This document shows positions 9,785 to 20,445 of a stretch of 64,000 nt of DNA, piece after piece. Each line of letters begins with the position of its first letter. Position 1 is the stretch's first letter. This DNA comes from Myxococcales bacterium. GTDB taxonomy: Bacteria; Myxococcota_A; Polyangia; Polyangiales; DASUME01. Below the pieces are notes generated by a model. It saw only the letters and a program-made list of their open reading frames with translations, ran no database searches and was not told the origin of the DNA. The translations under genes and the position numbers were made by a program. The DNA lies in the NCBI GenBank assembly GCA_047601445.1, contig JASGJH010000001.1:480001-544000 (forward strand). Direction: 5' to 3'.

Positions 9785-11179
9785 ATGTTCCGCGGGCGCG
9801 TTCGCTCCATCCATTTCGTGGGCATCGGGGGTATCGGCATGAGCGGTATCGCCGAGGTGCTCTTGGCCCATGGTTTCGAGGTATCCGGCTCGGACATGCG
9901 CGAGTCCGACGTGGTCTCGCGTCTACGCTCCCTGGGGGCCACCGTGCACGTGGGGCATCGCGCCGAGAACGTCACGCGCGCCGACGTGGTGGTGTTCTCC
10001 TCGGCCGTCAAGCGCGACAACCCCGAGCTCGTGGTGGCCCGTCAACAGGCCATCCCCGTGATCCCGCGCGCCGAGATGCTGGCCGAGTTGATGCGCCTCA
10101 AGGACGGCATCGCCATCGCCGGCTCCCACGGCAAGACCACGACCACCTCCCTGGTGGCGACCGTGCTGCGCGAGGCGGGTCTCGATCCCACGGTGATCAT
10201 CGGGGGCAAGCTCAACGCCCTCGGCACCAATGCCGCGCGCGGCGCGGGAAACCTACTGGTGGCCGAGGCCGACGAGTCCGACGGCTCTTTCCTGCACCTC
10301 ACGCCTACCATCGCCACCATCACCAACATCGACGCCGAACACCTCGACCACTACGGCGACCACGCCCGGGTGAAGGATGCCTTCGTGAGCTTCGCCAACC
10401 GCGTGCCTTTCTACGGCGTCGTGGTGGCCTGTTTGGATCACCCGCACGTGCAGGACATCCTGCCGCGCATCGAAAAGCGCGTGGCCACCTATGGCTTCTC
10501 CGTGCAGGCCGACTACCGGGCGCGCAATCCCGAGGTCAAGGGGCTCACCACATCCTTCGAGGTGATCCGGCGCGGCGACTCGCTCGGCCAGTTCGAGGTG
10601 CGCATGCCGGGCATCCACAACGTACTCAACTCGCTGGCGACCATCGCGGTGGCCGACGAGCTTTCGGTAGACCACGCCAAGATCAAGAGCGCCCTCGCGA
10701 GCTTCACCGGAGTGCAGCGCCGCTTCACCATCGTGGGCGAGCACGCGGGCGTCACAATCGTGGATGATTACGGGCACCATCCGGCCGAAGTTCAGGCGAC
10801 GCTCGAGGCTGCCCAGCGCGCCTATGGACGGCGCTTGTTGGTGGCCTTCCAACCCCATCGCTACAGCCGCACGCAGCATTGCTTCGACGAGCTCACGCGG
10901 GCCTTCAACCGCGCCGACGTGCTCTTCTTGACCGACGTCTACGCCGCCGGCGAGGAGCCCATCGAGGGAGCCGACAGCGCCCACCTCACCCAGGCCATTC
11001 GTGCGCACGGCCATCGCGACGTGACTCTGGTACCGCAGGTCTCCGATCTGGTGCAGGCACTGGCCGACCGTGTTCAGCCCGGGGACATCGTCATCACCAT
11101 GGGCGCGGGCAACATCACGCGTATCGGGCGCGATCTCCTGGCGCATCTCAATCAAGCGGAGTCGGGTCGTGCCCCCTGA
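9785..11179 (+). CDS. murC: UDP-MurNAc--L-Ala ligase MurC
   Basis: [45 protein letters not shown]. Confidence 0.98.
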   Translation: MFRGRVRSIHFVGIGGIGMSGIAEVLLAHGFEVSGSDMRESDVVSRLRSLGATVHVGHRAENVTRADVVVFSSAVKRDNPELVVARQQAIPVIPRAEMLAELMRLKDGIAIAGSHGKTTTTSLVATVLREAGLDPTVIIGGKLNALGTNAARGAGNLLVAEADESDGSFLHLTPTIATITNIDAEHLDHYGDHARVKDAFVSFANRVPFYGVVVACLDHPHVQDILPRIEKRVATYGFSVQADYRARNPEVKGLTTSFEVIRRGDSLGQFEVRMPGIHNVLNSLATIAVADELSVDHAKIKSALASFTGVQRRFTIVGEHAGVTIVDDYGHHPAEVQATLEAAQRAYGRRLLVAFQPHRYSRTQHCFDELTRAFNRADVLFLTDVYAAGEEPIEGADSAHLTQAIRAHGHRDVTLVPQVSDLVQALADRVQPGDIVITMGAGNITRIGRDLLAHLNQAESGRAP

Positions 11180-12110
11180 AGTCCGCACCGAGGCCTCCAA
11201 GCCCAAGAACCGGCGCGTACCCAAGCCAAAGCCCGCCGCCACCGAGAAGCTCGTGGCGCGCTCGAGCGGTGCCTGGGTTGGTCTCCAGCGTGTGGGCGCT
11301 CGGCTCAAGCGACCCGGCATCATCGTGCTGCGGGTGCTGGGCGGAGTCGTGGCCGTGGCAGGCTTGTGGTCCGTCGGGCGGCTCCTGCAGCACCACCTGA
11401 CCAACTCGCCCGCGTTCGCCATCGAGACCATCGAGATCGAGGGCACGTCCCGGGTCGAGCGGGCGGAGCTCCTGGAGGCCGCGGGCATCGACCTGGGCAA
11501 GAACGTGTTCGCACTGAGCCCGGAGGCGGTCCGCACGCGCCTGCTCGCCCATCCATGGCTCTCCGAGGTCAGCGTGACCCGCAAGCTGCCAGGGCGCTTC
11601 GACATCAAGGTCCGCGAGCGGGAGCCGGTGGCTCTCCTGTTGGTGGAGGCGTGTGCCCCGGAGCAGGGGCAAAGCGAAGATCCCCTGTGCGACGAGCCGA
11701 GCTCGCTGTATTTGGTGAGCGAACAGGGCCATGTGTTCAAGCGCCTGGAGGGCGAAGACCCGGTGGACCTGCCCGTGATCACCGGCGCGGACCGCAAGCG
11801 CTTCGGCGCGGAGCCGGAATTTCAGCAGGGCGTACTGCTCGAGGCGGTGGCGCTCTTGTCCGCCTATCGCAGCGCCGGGCTTGCGCAGCGCCTGCCGATC
11901 GGCGAGGTGCACATCGAGAACAACGACGCGCTCTCGGTGTATGTCGGCGAAGAGCTCACGCTCGTACGTCTAGGACATTCTCCGTTCGATCAGAAACTTC
12001 GCAGAATGAAGAAGGTTTTCGATCGGCTCGAACACGAGCACGCCAGCGCGGAGTACGTCTACCTCGACAACGAGCGGCGACCGGACCGCGTAACCGTACG
12101 TCTGCGCTGA
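11169..12110 (+). CDS. ftsQ: Cell division protein FtsQ/DivIB
   Basis: Single TM followed by a POTRA-like segment (HPWL...VTRKLPG...VRERE); lies between murC and ftsA; GTG start at 11169 is inferred. Confidence 0.88.
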   Translation: MPPEVRTEASKPKNRRVPKPKPAATEKLVARSSGAWVGLQRVGARLKRPGIIVLRVLGGVVAVAGLWSVGRLLQHHLTNSPAFAIETIEIEGTSRVERAELLEAAGIDLGKNVFALSPEAVRTRLLAHPWLSEVSVTRKLPGRFDIKVREREPVALLLVEACAPEQGQSEDPLCDEPSSLYLVSEQGHVFKRLEGEDPVDLPVITGADRKRFGAEPEFQQGVLLEAVALLSAYRSAGLAQRLPIGEVHIENNDALSVYVGEELTLVRLGHSPFDQKLRRMKKVFDRLEHEHASAEYVYLDNERRPDRVTVRLR

Positions 12111-12206
12111 GTTCTTGCGCGACGAAATGCTGCACATTTTTTGTTGTCTCGATCCGGGCTGTGTATTGGTCAGAGCACGCACCGTTCAAACCGGAGCAGA
12201 GCGAGA

Positions 12207-13457
12207 ATGGCCGAGAGCGTGTTCACCGATAACGAAGTCATTGCCGGACTCGACCTGGGATCGACCAAGGTCAGTGTGATCGTGGCCGAACAGACCGATG
12301 ATGGGGTGGACATCATCGGGATTGGCTCGGTCCCCTGCGCGGGACTCAAGAAGGGCGTGGTCGTCAACATCGACGCCACGGTGCGCGCCATCAAGGCCGC
12401 CATCGAGCAGGCCGAGACCATGTCGGGCGTGAAGATCAACACGGTCTACGCCGGCATCGCAGGCAGCCACGTGACTGGCATGAACAAGGAAGGCGTGGCC
12501 GCCATCGCCAACCGCGAGGTCGCCCAGTCCGACGTCGAGCGCGTGCTGGAGCAGGCCAAGGCCATCCCGCTGCCCGGCGACCGCCAAGTGCTGCACGTGC
12601 TGCCCCAGGAGTACATCGTGGACGGCCACGACGGCATCCCCGAGCCCATCGGCATGAGCGGCGTACGTCTCGAGGCGCGCTGCCACCTCGTGACCGCGGC
12701 CAGCCACGCGGTCGAGAACATCATCAAGTGCGCGGAGCGGGTGAACCTGCACGTGGCCGAGGTGGTGCTCGAACCCCTGGCCAGCGCCTCCGCGGTGCTC
12801 TCGCCGGACGAGCGCGAGATCGGCGCCGTGCTGATCGACATCGGCGGCGGCACCACCGATGTCATCATCTACGTGGACGGGGCCGTGGTGCACACCAGCG
12901 TCATCCCCATCGGCGGCATCAATCTCACCAACGACGTGGCCTCGGGCTTGCGTACCCCGGTGGCCGAGGCCGAGCGCATCAAGATCAAGTACGGCTGCGC
13001 GATGACTTCCATGGTCGACGACGAAGAGACCATCGAGGTGCCCTCCGTGGGCGGCCGCGGTCCGCGCGTCCTGCCGCGCCGCGTGCTGGCCGAAATCATC
13101 GAGCCGCGCGTGGAGGAGATCTTCCACGCGGTTCGCCATGTGGTCCACGAGAGTGGCTACGTGGACCTACTTTCCTCCGGCGCCGTGCTCACGGGCGGCG
13201 CCACCATGCTCGACGGCATCGCCGAGATGGCGGAACAGGTGATCGGCCTGCCGGTGCGTCGCGGTGGTCCGCAGGGCGTGGGTGGCTTGGTCGACGTGGT
13301 GAAGAGTCCCGCCTACGCCACGGGCGTGGGGCTGGTGAAGTACGGCGCGGATCAGCTGCGTCAGACCCGCGTGGTGCACGAGGTGGCGTCCGAGATGGTG
13401 CCGCCCCGTCGCAGCGTGGGTGGGCGCATCGGTCAATGGTTCCGGGAAGTGTTCTGA
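12207..13457 (+). CDS. ftsA: Cell division protein FtsA
   Basis: GLDLGSTK, PIGMSGVRLE, DIGGGTT, LTGG, YATGVGL, C-terminal amphipathic WFREVF; ATG at 12207. Confidence 0.97.
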   Translation: MAESVFTDNEVIAGLDLGSTKVSVIVAEQTDDGVDIIGIGSVPCAGLKKGVVVNIDATVRAIKAAIEQAETMSGVKINTVYAGIAGSHVTGMNKEGVAAIANREVAQSDVERVLEQAKAIPLPGDRQVLHVLPQEYIVDGHDGIPEPIGMSGVRLEARCHLVTAASHAVENIIKCAERVNLHVAEVVLEPLASASAVLSPDEREIGAVLIDIGGGTTDVIIYVDGAVVHTSVIPIGGINLTNDVASGLRTPVAEAERIKIKYGCAMTSMVDDEETIEVPSVGGRGPRVLPRRVLAEIIEPRVEEIFHAVRHVVHESGYVDLLSSGAVLTGGATMLDGIAEMAEQVIGLPVRRGGPQGVGGLVDVVKSPAYATGVGLVKYGADQLRQTRVVHEVASEMVPPRRSVGGRIGQWFREVF

Positions 13458-13593
13458 GCGGCAAAAAGGTTCTGAATCGGTTCGTTGGGGGGCATCCCGA
13501 CAAGCGGTTCGAAAAAGTGATCGTCGAGCGAAGGGCAAATCGCGGAGCGGTCGGGTGTTATGAGGAAGGGCAAAAGGCCCTGGGAGGTCCTCG

Positions 13594-14886
13594 ATGGGTA
13601 TCTCGTTTGAATTCGACGCGGATGCAGAGCTTCAGGCACGCATCAAGGTAGTGGGCGTAGGCGGCGGTGGCGGCAACGCCCTCAACACCATGATCCAGAG
13701 TGATCTGGAGGGCGTTGAGTTCATCGCGGCGAACACCGATGCACAGGCGCTGCCCAACAACCTGGCTCCGCTCAAGATCCAGCTCGGTCCGCAGCTGACC
13801 AAGGGCCTGGGCGCCGGCGGCAACCCCGACGTGGGCCGCAAGTCTGCCCTCGAGGACGTGCAGCGCATCCAGGAAGCCCTCGCGGGCGCCGACATGGTGT
13901 TCGTCACGGCCGGCATGGGCGGTGGCACGGGCACGGGCGCAGCCCCCGTGGTGGCGCAGATCGCGCGCGACATGGGTGCGCTCACGGTGGCTGTGGTCAC
14001 CAAGCCGTTCAACTTCGAGGGGCGTCGCCGCCTGCGCAACGCCGAGCTCGGCATCCAGGAACTCGGGGCCGCGGTCGACACCATCATCACCATCCCCAAC
14101 CAGAAGCTGCTCACCATCGCGGGCGACGACATGTCCATGTTGGAGGCCTTCCAGCGCGCCGACGACGTGCTCCTGCAGGCGGTTCGCGGCATCAGCGATC
14201 TCATCGTGCATCCCGGCCTCATCAACGTGGACTTCGCCGACGTGAAGACCATCATGAGCAACATGGGGCGCGCGCTCATGGGCACCGGCTACGGCAAGGG
14301 CAAGGACCGCGCCCTCGACGCTGCTCGCATGGCCATCTCGAGCCCCTTGCTCGACGACGTCGCCGTGCACGGCGCCACCGGCATCCTGCTCAACTTCACG
14401 GCCGGACCGGACGTGCGCCTGAGCGAGATCGAGAACGCTGCCAGCCTCGTGCAGGAGTCCGCCCACGAAGATGCCAACATCATCTTCGGCGTGGTGACGG
14501 ATGCCAGCATGGGTGACATGGTGAAGGTCACCGTCATCGCCACCGGCTTCGACAGCGAAATCCAGCCCGTGGCCGAGATGCGCCCGAACCGCGCGGCCCT
14601 GCCCAGCGCACCGCCGGTTCACCGTCCCTCCATGCAGCCCCAGGCCGTGCGCAACGCCCTGCAGATGCGTCCGCAAGAGACGCGCAGCACCTCCTACGCC
14701 TCGCAGGCGCCCAGCGCGCGCGGCGGCGTCAGCCAGCCGCCGCCCCGCATGAGCCAGCCGAACGCGGTGGAGCAGGCCGTGGTGGCCGCCGGACGTCCGA
14801 GCGGTTTCGGTGCGAGCGCCCTGCACGACGAGCGCGTGCTCGACATTCCGGCCTACCTGCGCCGCGGCAATAACCACCACGAGTGA
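13594..14886 (+). CDS. ftsZ: Cell division GTPase FtsZ
   Basis: GVGGGGGNA, GMGGGTGTG tubulin signature, INVDFADV, C-terminal DIPAYLRR; RBS GGAGG. Confidence 0.99.
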   Translation: MGISFEFDADAELQARIKVVGVGGGGGNALNTMIQSDLEGVEFIAANTDAQALPNNLAPLKIQLGPQLTKGLGAGGNPDVGRKSALEDVQRIQEALAGADMVFVTAGMGGGTGTGAAPVVAQIARDMGALTVAVVTKPFNFEGRRRLRNAELGIQELGAAVDTIITIPNQKLLTIAGDDMSMLEAFQRADDVLLQAVRGISDLIVHPGLINVDFADVKTIMSNMGRALMGTGYGKGKDRALDAARMAISSPLLDDVAVHGATGILLNFTAGPDVRLSEIENAASLVQESAHEDANIIFGVVTDASMGDMVKVTVIATGFDSEIQPVAEMRPNRAALPSAPPVHRPSMQPQAVRNALQMRPQETRSTSYASQAPSARGGVSQPPPRMSQPNAVEQAVVAAGRPSGFGASALHDERVLDIPAYLRRGNNHHE

Positions 14887-14926
14887 TGGGCTTACGGCCC
14901 GGCGCGAGGCGGCCGGCCGTGTTTGA

Positions 14927-14969
14927 AAGAGAGGGCGCTGACGTCTGGGGGGACGCAGCGCCCTCTCTT
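14927..14969. terminator. Hairpin, probable bidirectional terminator between ftsZ and the convergent lipoprotein gene
   Basis: AAGAGAGGGCGCTG (14927-14940) pairs with CAGCGCCCTCTCTT (14956-14969). Confidence 0.75.
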
Positions 14970-15005
14970 CAATTGTGGCGCACCGTCTGCGTTGGCGTGT
15001 GAGCC

Positions 15006-16223
15006 TCACTCGAGCGTGCTGCACGCGAGCAGGTCTCCGTCGTTGATACGGGCCGCGAGCTCGACCGAGTCGGCCTCGAAGACGCCGCCATAGGAGTTGT
15101 CGCCCGCCCCGTACTCGTAGGCCACGAAGGTGAGGCCGGTACTGGGCTCCGCGAAGCGCAGGTGATTGACCTCGCTCTGGTCCACCGAGGCCAGCGCGGA
15201 GGAAAGATCCACGACGTCCTCGTAGGCGACTTGCACCGCGGTCACGAGCTGACTTTGCTCGAGGGACGTCAGCTGCTCCGCATTGCCGGCATCCACCACC
15301 CTGGCCGATTGGAGCTCGAACGCGGGGTTGATCTTCAAGTCTCCATAGGTCTCGCCGAAGCGACAACGGCTGACGGCAACGTTGCACGCGGTTAGCTCAC
15401 CCGCGTCGATGCGGGTGGCAGCGTCCAGCTCACCGTCGGCGAAGATGGCGCCGAACGTGCGGTTCGCGAGCTGGTAGGTGAAGCCGCGGAAGCTGCGACC
15501 GGCGCGGTCGTCCCACACACGAAACCAGCGGACCAGACCCTGGTCCACACGCCTGAACAGACCGTCTGCAGACATCACTTCGGACGCAGGTGTATGGCTG
15601 GCCGAAAGCACGAGTTGTTGTGCCGCGAGCGGGTCGGGGAGCTGCGCAGCAGAGGCCACGCTCAAGACGGTCGAGGTCCTGAGCACACGGCCGATCTGGG
15701 AGATCTTGGTGCCGAACACGCAGGCCTCTGCCGGTTCGGGCAGGGGGCAACCGGATCCGTCGCACATGGCCTCGAGCACGTAGGGGCCGCGCAGCTGTCT
15801 GGTCTTGCCCTGGACCTCCACGCGATAACGTCCCCGCGGAAGGAGCCGCCGAAGCGCCGCGTAGGGCGTGTGCTCGTGGTCGTCGTTCCGCGCCACCAGA
15901 CGCTTCGCGCCCGACTTCACTCGATACAATGAGAGCACCGTGTCCAGATCCGGGCCAGTGCTGGAGCCCATGGTGGCCAGCCCGACCTCGCCCTCGGCCC
16001 CCAGCTCGAACTCGAAAGCGTGCACCGCGGCCGCCCGCGTGAGCTCGGCCTGAACCCGGGTGCCGAACCACAGTGGTCCCTGGAATGACGAGGGAGCGCG
16101 CAGGGCTTCTAGCGAGACTTCGGCGGGCCCCTCCACGGGTAACGGGTCATCGACTTCGAGCGAGCACGCCGAGAACACAAAGGATGCTGCCAGGAACCAT
16201 TCGAATGAAATCAGACGCTGCAT
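15006..16223 (-). CDS. Lipoprotein with a PPC-like beta-sandwich and two tandem copies of an unknown ~115 aa domain
   Basis: Lipobox FSAC; PPC-like DTVLSLY...ARNDD...GRYRVEV; internal duplication CxFG...VDQ..V...G.L.AC; RBS GAGGAGG. Confidence 0.75.
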   Translation of the reverse strand: MQRLISFEWFLAASFVFSACSLEVDDPLPVEGPAEVSLEALRAPSSFQGPLWFGTRVQAELTRAAAVHAFEFELGAEGEVGLATMGSSTGPDLDTVLSLYRVKSGAKRLVARNDDHEHTPYAALRRLLPRGRYRVEVQGKTRQLRGPYVLEAMCDGSGCPLPEPAEACVFGTKISQIGRVLRTSTVLSVASAAQLPDPLAAQQLVLSASHTPASEVMSADGLFRRVDQGLVRWFRVWDDRAGRSFRGFTYQLANRTFGAIFADGELDAATRIDAGELTACNVAVSRCRFGETYGDLKINPAFELQSARVVDAGNAEQLTSLEQSQLVTAVQVAYEDVVDLSSALASVDQSEVNHLRFAEPSTGLTFVAYEYGAGDNSYGGVFEADSVELAARINDGDLLACSTLE

Positions 16224-16246
16224 GAGACCTCCTCGCGTCCGCAGCG

Positions 16247-16262
16247 AGCAGCAGTCGCGCCA
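16247..16262 (-). promoter_or_regulatory. Putative sigma-54 (-24/-12) promoter of the PPC lipoprotein gene
   Basis: Minus strand TGGCGCGACTGCTGCT fits GG-N10-GC and lies just upstream of the RBS and ATG at 16223. Confidence 0.6.
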
Positions 16263-16403
16263 TGCCGCAGGTGTCTGATCTCCAGGCCTTGGCGGCCTTC
16301 TTGCGCGTTTTCGCGCGCGTCCCCCGACGCCCGCCAGCTCGCGCCGTGCGCCCTTGCGCGCGGGATTCCTCGAAAATCGCTCAACCAGTTCTATGGTTCA
16401 TGC

Positions 16404-16982
16404 ATGGCCCAAGCATCGCCTGCGGTCCGCGCCGCAGCTCAACAGGACGCCCTCGAACAACTCGACAAGTTCGAGCCCGGTGCCAGGGCGCGCGTGCTCG
16501 AGCGGCTGCCCCCGGACACCCGCCAGATCATGTTGACGACTTCCCGCTCGGCCTGGGTCTCCATCGAGCACGATCACTACGCCGTCGACGTCATCGTGCG
16601 CCTGTTCGGGCCGAGCCGCGCGGTGCAGTACTGGCGCGGGGTCACCAATAGCCTCATCGAGCGCCCCATCCTCAAGAGCTTCGTGAGCGGCATGGTCAGC
16701 ATCTTCGGCGACGATCCGGGCCGCATCATCGGCATCCTTCCCAAGGGCTGGAGCCTCGTCTATCGCGACCTCTGCGAACCCGTGTGTTTGCGCGAAGGGG
16801 AGGGCAAGACGGTGCTGCGCTTCGAGAACCTGGTGCCCGAGGTCCGCATTTATTCGAACTACTTTCACTCGTGGCACGGCACCTGTCTCGGTGTAGCCGA
16901 CCTGGCGCGCATCAAGGGCAAGGTCACGTTCGACGTGGCGCCCGATCAGAGCGCGGCCACGGCCACCTTCTTTTGGACCTGA
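16404..16982 (+). CDS. Hypothetical protein, DUF2378/TIGR02265-like myxobacterial family
   Basis: About 190 aa, RVLERLP...W.S pattern, terminal FxW, strongly C/G-ending codons; family call is from memory. Confidence 0.55.
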   Translation: MAQASPAVRAAAQQDALEQLDKFEPGARARVLERLPPDTRQIMLTTSRSAWVSIEHDHYAVDVIVRLFGPSRAVQYWRGVTNSLIERPILKSFVSGMVSIFGDDPGRIIGILPKGWSLVYRDLCEPVCLREGEGKTVLRFENLVPEVRIYSNYFHSWHGTCLGVADLARIKGKVTFDVAPDQSAATATFFWT

Positions 16983-17103
16983 GCCCCGCCGTCACCTGAC
17001 CGAGCGCTCGCCACATCCGCGTGGCGATTCGGGGTGAGCTCGCGAAGCGAATCCTGCAACCCGCGTCACTCTTCGCGTTGCTACGACGAAAGGACTGCTC
17101 GCG

Positions 17104-17638
17104 ATGACTCGCTCTACGATTTCCCTGCTACTTACCGCTCTCTTGAGCTTTTTCGCCTTCGCCTGTGGCGGCGGACGCACTGGCAGCGCGGCCACCATGC
17201 CCGACGGACGTCGCATCGCCATCCTGGTCGTCCCCGACCGCAACCTCACCCCGGACATGAGCCCCGAGCGTGTGGAGCAAGTCAACGAGCTCGCCACCTG
17301 GATGGAAGGCGACCTGATCGACATCCTCAACAAGACCGGCTACCAGGCCACGCGCACCGAGGACTCGAGCGTGGAAGCGGGACCGGGGCGCTACGTGCTG
17401 AAGATCAAGAATCTCGAACTACAACGCAGGCAGCAAGGCGGCGCGCATGTTCGCGGGAGCCTTCGGCGCGGGCACGGCCAAGCTCGACACGCACTTCGAG
17501 CTCATTCGAGACGGCGGAGCGCTCGCGGCCTCGGGTGATCCGAGCGTGGCCACCGGACGCGACTGGACCAACGCCGCCCGCAAGGTGAACTTGCAGACGG
17601 TGGACACCGTGAACGCCCAGATTCACGCGGCTCCCTGA
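17104..17638 (+). pseudogene. DUF4410-like lipoprotein split by a +1 frameshift near 17410 (possible sequencing error)
   Basis: Lipobox AFAC; deleting one A in AAGAATCTCG gives continuous KIKISNYNAGSKAARMFAGAFGAG...AAP* ending at 17638. Confidence 0.7.
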
Positions 17639-17796
17639 GTAGCCGGCCAGGCGGGAAGGGCGCGTGCCCTCCCGGGCCGATGGGAGTTCGCGTCGTGAGG
17701 GTAGCGGAACCTCGCGGAGGGGTGGGCCCCAGGGCGGCTTCGAGCTGAGAGCGGATGCCGCGTGCCCTCGCGGAAAAAAGCCGGTATGCCTGGGGG

Positions 17797-18636
17797 ATGT
17801 TCAACGGCCTCGACCACGTCACCTTGGTCGTCCGCGACCTCGACCAAGCCTGCACCCACTACACGCATCTGTTCGGCAGACCCGCCGCCTGGCGAGGTGA
17901 ACATCCAGCCCTCGGCACCGAGGCCGCGCTGTTCACGCTCGCCAATACGGCCATCGAGCTACTCGCGCCCAAGTCCGAGGCACCCGAGTCCGAGGGCCTG
18001 CGCGAGCAGCTCCAGGTCCATGGCGAGGGCATCCTCTCGCTCACCTTTGGTGTCGACGACGCGACCCGGGCCCACCAGGAGCTGAGGGCGCGTGGCTTGC
18101 GCGTGGCTCCGCCCGAAGAAGGCAGCGCACGCGGACCCGACGGCGCCGAGCGCGTGTTTCGTACGCTGGAGGTCTCACGGCGCGCCACGCGCGGGATCAG
18201 CGTGTTCGGCGTGGAGCGTCCGGACGCTGCGCCATTGCGACGTACGGAGGCCGTGGCGGGAGACTGCGTGGATGCACTCGACCACGTGGCCACGCGCACC
18301 TCGAATCCCGACGCGGCCATCGCCCTCTACCAGCAGGGCTTCGGCATCCGCTTGGCGCTCGACGGCAACTTCGGTGCGTTGCGCATGCTCTTCTTCCGCA
18401 CCGGCGGCGTCACCCTGGAGTTCGTCTCCGATCCGAGCCTGGGTGAGGAGGACAAGTTCTACGGCTTGGCCTTTCGCGTCCGAGATATCGAGGCGGCCCA
18501 CGCGCGACTGTCCAGCCACGGTTTCAACCTGAATGCCGTCCGGCCCGGCACCAAGCCGGGCACCCACGTGTTCAGCGTGCGCAGCGAGACCCACGGCGTG
18601 CCTACCTTGATCATCCGCGACCCCGCGCGCGACTGA
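17797..18636 (+). CDS. Two-domain VOC/glyoxalase family protein
   Basis: Two repeats starting LDHV (LDHVTLVVRDLD and LDHVATRTSNPD), IELL motif, HGVPTLII. Confidence 0.85.
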   Translation: MFNGLDHVTLVVRDLDQACTHYTHLFGRPAAWRGEHPALGTEAALFTLANTAIELLAPKSEAPESEGLREQLQVHGEGILSLTFGVDDATRAHQELRARGLRVAPPEEGSARGPDGAERVFRTLEVSRRATRGISVFGVERPDAAPLRRTEAVAGDCVDALDHVATRTSNPDAAIALYQQGFGIRLALDGNFGALRMLFFRTGGVTLEFVSDPSLGEEDKFYGLAFRVRDIEAAHARLSSHGFNLNAVRPGTKPGTHVFSVRSETHGVPTLIIRDPARD

Positions 18637-18642
18637 CGCCGC

Positions 18643-20445
18643 TCAGCGCAGACCAAGCACGCTGAGCGCGGCCAGCAGCACTGCGAGCAGGGCTTCTCCC
18701 GCGATGGCTCCGCCCGCCATCGAGGGCAAAAACTCTTCGCTGAAGGCCGGGCGCTTCTTCGCGAGAAGCCCAGCGGCGAAGCCGCCCAGACAGACGGTGA
18801 CGCACATGGCGGGGGGCAGAAAAAAACCGATGCCGAGGGCCACTGGCGAGGGGGCGAAGCGGTTGCCGGCGCGCCCGAGCCACGTGAATAGGATGCCCAA
18901 CGCGAAAGCTATCAAGGCGGCCTTGCCGGCAAATGGAGGCATGCCCGCCCCGCCGGTCACGGCTTCGGCCGTCACCGTCCAAGACAGCACGCCGGCCGAG
19001 GGGATCTGCGGGGAACCCAGCCCATAGACTTGGATCAGCAGCGCGTAGACCGGTACCACGACCAGTGCACCGACCACGGCCCCAATGATCTGCGCCCAGA
19101 CCTGCGCGCGCAGAGAGGCCCCCACGCGCAGCCCGCTCTTCATCGCCCACAATGCCCCCGCCACCTGGCATGAAACGCCAGCAGTGAGGGCGCCTGAGGC
19201 GAGCGATGTGACCACGCTTGGTCTGCCGAACAGCATTTGACTGATCCCGCCGACGGTACCAGCGGGGGCCGTGTCGGTTTCACCGGCCGCGCGTGCGCAG
19301 ACGGCAGCGAGCACCATGGTGCCGAGCACTACGAGCAGCGTCTTGCCCGGCGTCATCTCGAACAGGACGTATGCGAGTGCGAGCACGGCCGACGTGCCGA
19401 GGCCGATGAGGACGAGAGAAATGCCCAGCTGCTCGCCGCCCGTTCGGTTTGCGTCCCGGGCGCGCAGCTTGGTCAGGTCTTGAAGTGCGCCGAGTGTGGA
19501 ACGCCAGTCCAAGCCTAGCGAGGTGAACGAACTAGCGACGACCATCGCTGTCCCGGGCCACATGAGCCAGTTCGTCGCGCGCTCCAGGTGCGTCGCATCG
19601 ATGGTACCGAACCGAACTAGCTGGGGAACCAACAGCAGCCATCCGAGCAGCGAGCCGAGTAGCATGTCGAAGCCCCCGCGGGCACCGATCATGAGGCCCG
19701 TGGAGAGCACCAGTGGACTGAGGCTCACCCCCATCGACAACGCGGCCAAAGAGACCCCTGCGATCGCGCCGGGGAAAAACCAGTCGAGCGGAAACGCGTG
19801 GAGCACGTCACGAGCAAGCGTGATCAGCGCGGCGACGGCGCCTGCCAGCATGAGCAGACGGGCCCGCCGCAGCGCGGCACTCGCGCCCTGATGCATCGCG
19901 ACGATGAGCTCGCCGGCCGCCTTTCCAGTCGGAAAGGGCAGGTTGTCCGTGATCAAGAGACGGGTTCGCAGGAGCAGCGCCACCCCCACGCCCAGCAGGG
20001 CCAGGGCGATTCCCCAGCACATCAGCCCCCACCACGGATAGGTGTGGCCAAGCATCAGAAGCCCTGGGATGGCCCCCACCAGACCGGCCGTGAAGGACAT
20101 CAATGCCGCCGAGGACGCGATAGCCTGCGTGATGTTGTTTTCGCGCTCGGTGTATCCGTGGCGCGGCCGCAGCACCGCAAACAGCGCAAAGCTGAGCGCC
20201 GAGGCCACGATGTTGCCGCCATCCATGTAGCCGATGCTGAGGCACGCGTAGGTGTTGGCCGCCGCCAGGAGCGCACCGAGGACCACGCCGACGACCACCG
20301 CTCGCACACTGAGCTCGGTGGTCTCCTCGCGGGCGGTCGCGGTCGGCGCGTGCTGCGACGCAGGTTTCGTAACGGGGTGTCCCGCGGCCGCTGGCGGGCG
20401 GAGGCTGGGAGGAACTGCAGCTGGTTCGAGATCTAGACCGCTCAC
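18643..20445 (-). CDS. OPT/YSL family oligopeptide transporter
   Basis: ELSVRAVVVG, ENNITQAIASSA, LPFPTGKAAG; many TM helices; GTG start. Confidence 0.88.
   Translation of the reverse strand: MSGLDLEPAAVPPSLRPPAAAGHPVTKPASQHAPTATAREETTELSVRAVVVGVVLGALLAAANTYACLSIGYMDGGNIVASALSFALFAVLRPRHGYTERENNITQAIASSAALMSFTAGLVGAIPGLLMLGHTYPWWGLMCWGIALALLGVGVALLLRTRLLITDNLPFPTGKAAGELIVAMHQGASAALRRARLLMLAGAVAALITLARDVLHAFPLDWFFPGAIAGVSLAALSMGVSLSPLVLSTGLMIGARGGFDMLLGSLLGWLLLVPQLVRFGTIDATHLERATNWLMWPGTAMVVASSFTSLGLDWRSTLGALQDLTKLRARDANRTGGEQLGISLVLIGLGTSAVLALAYVLFEMTPGKTLLVVLGTMVLAAVCARAAGETDTAPAGTVGGISQMLFGRPSVVTSLASGALTAGVSCQVAGALWAMKSGLRVGASLRAQVWAQIIGAVVGALVVVPVYALLIQVYGLGSPQIPSAGVLSWTVTAEAVTGGAGMPPFAGKAALIAFALGILFTWLGRAGNRFAPSPVALGIGFFLPPAMCVTVCLGGFAAGLLAKKRPAFSEEFLPSMAGGAIAGEALLAVLLAALSVLGLR

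Noticed and set aside
1301..15387. Long antisense and alternative-frame ORFs over the dcw genes (e.g. 1301-3094, 4182-5933, 13558-15387)
   Set aside because: Shadow ORFs expected in high-GC DNA opposite well-supported conserved genes
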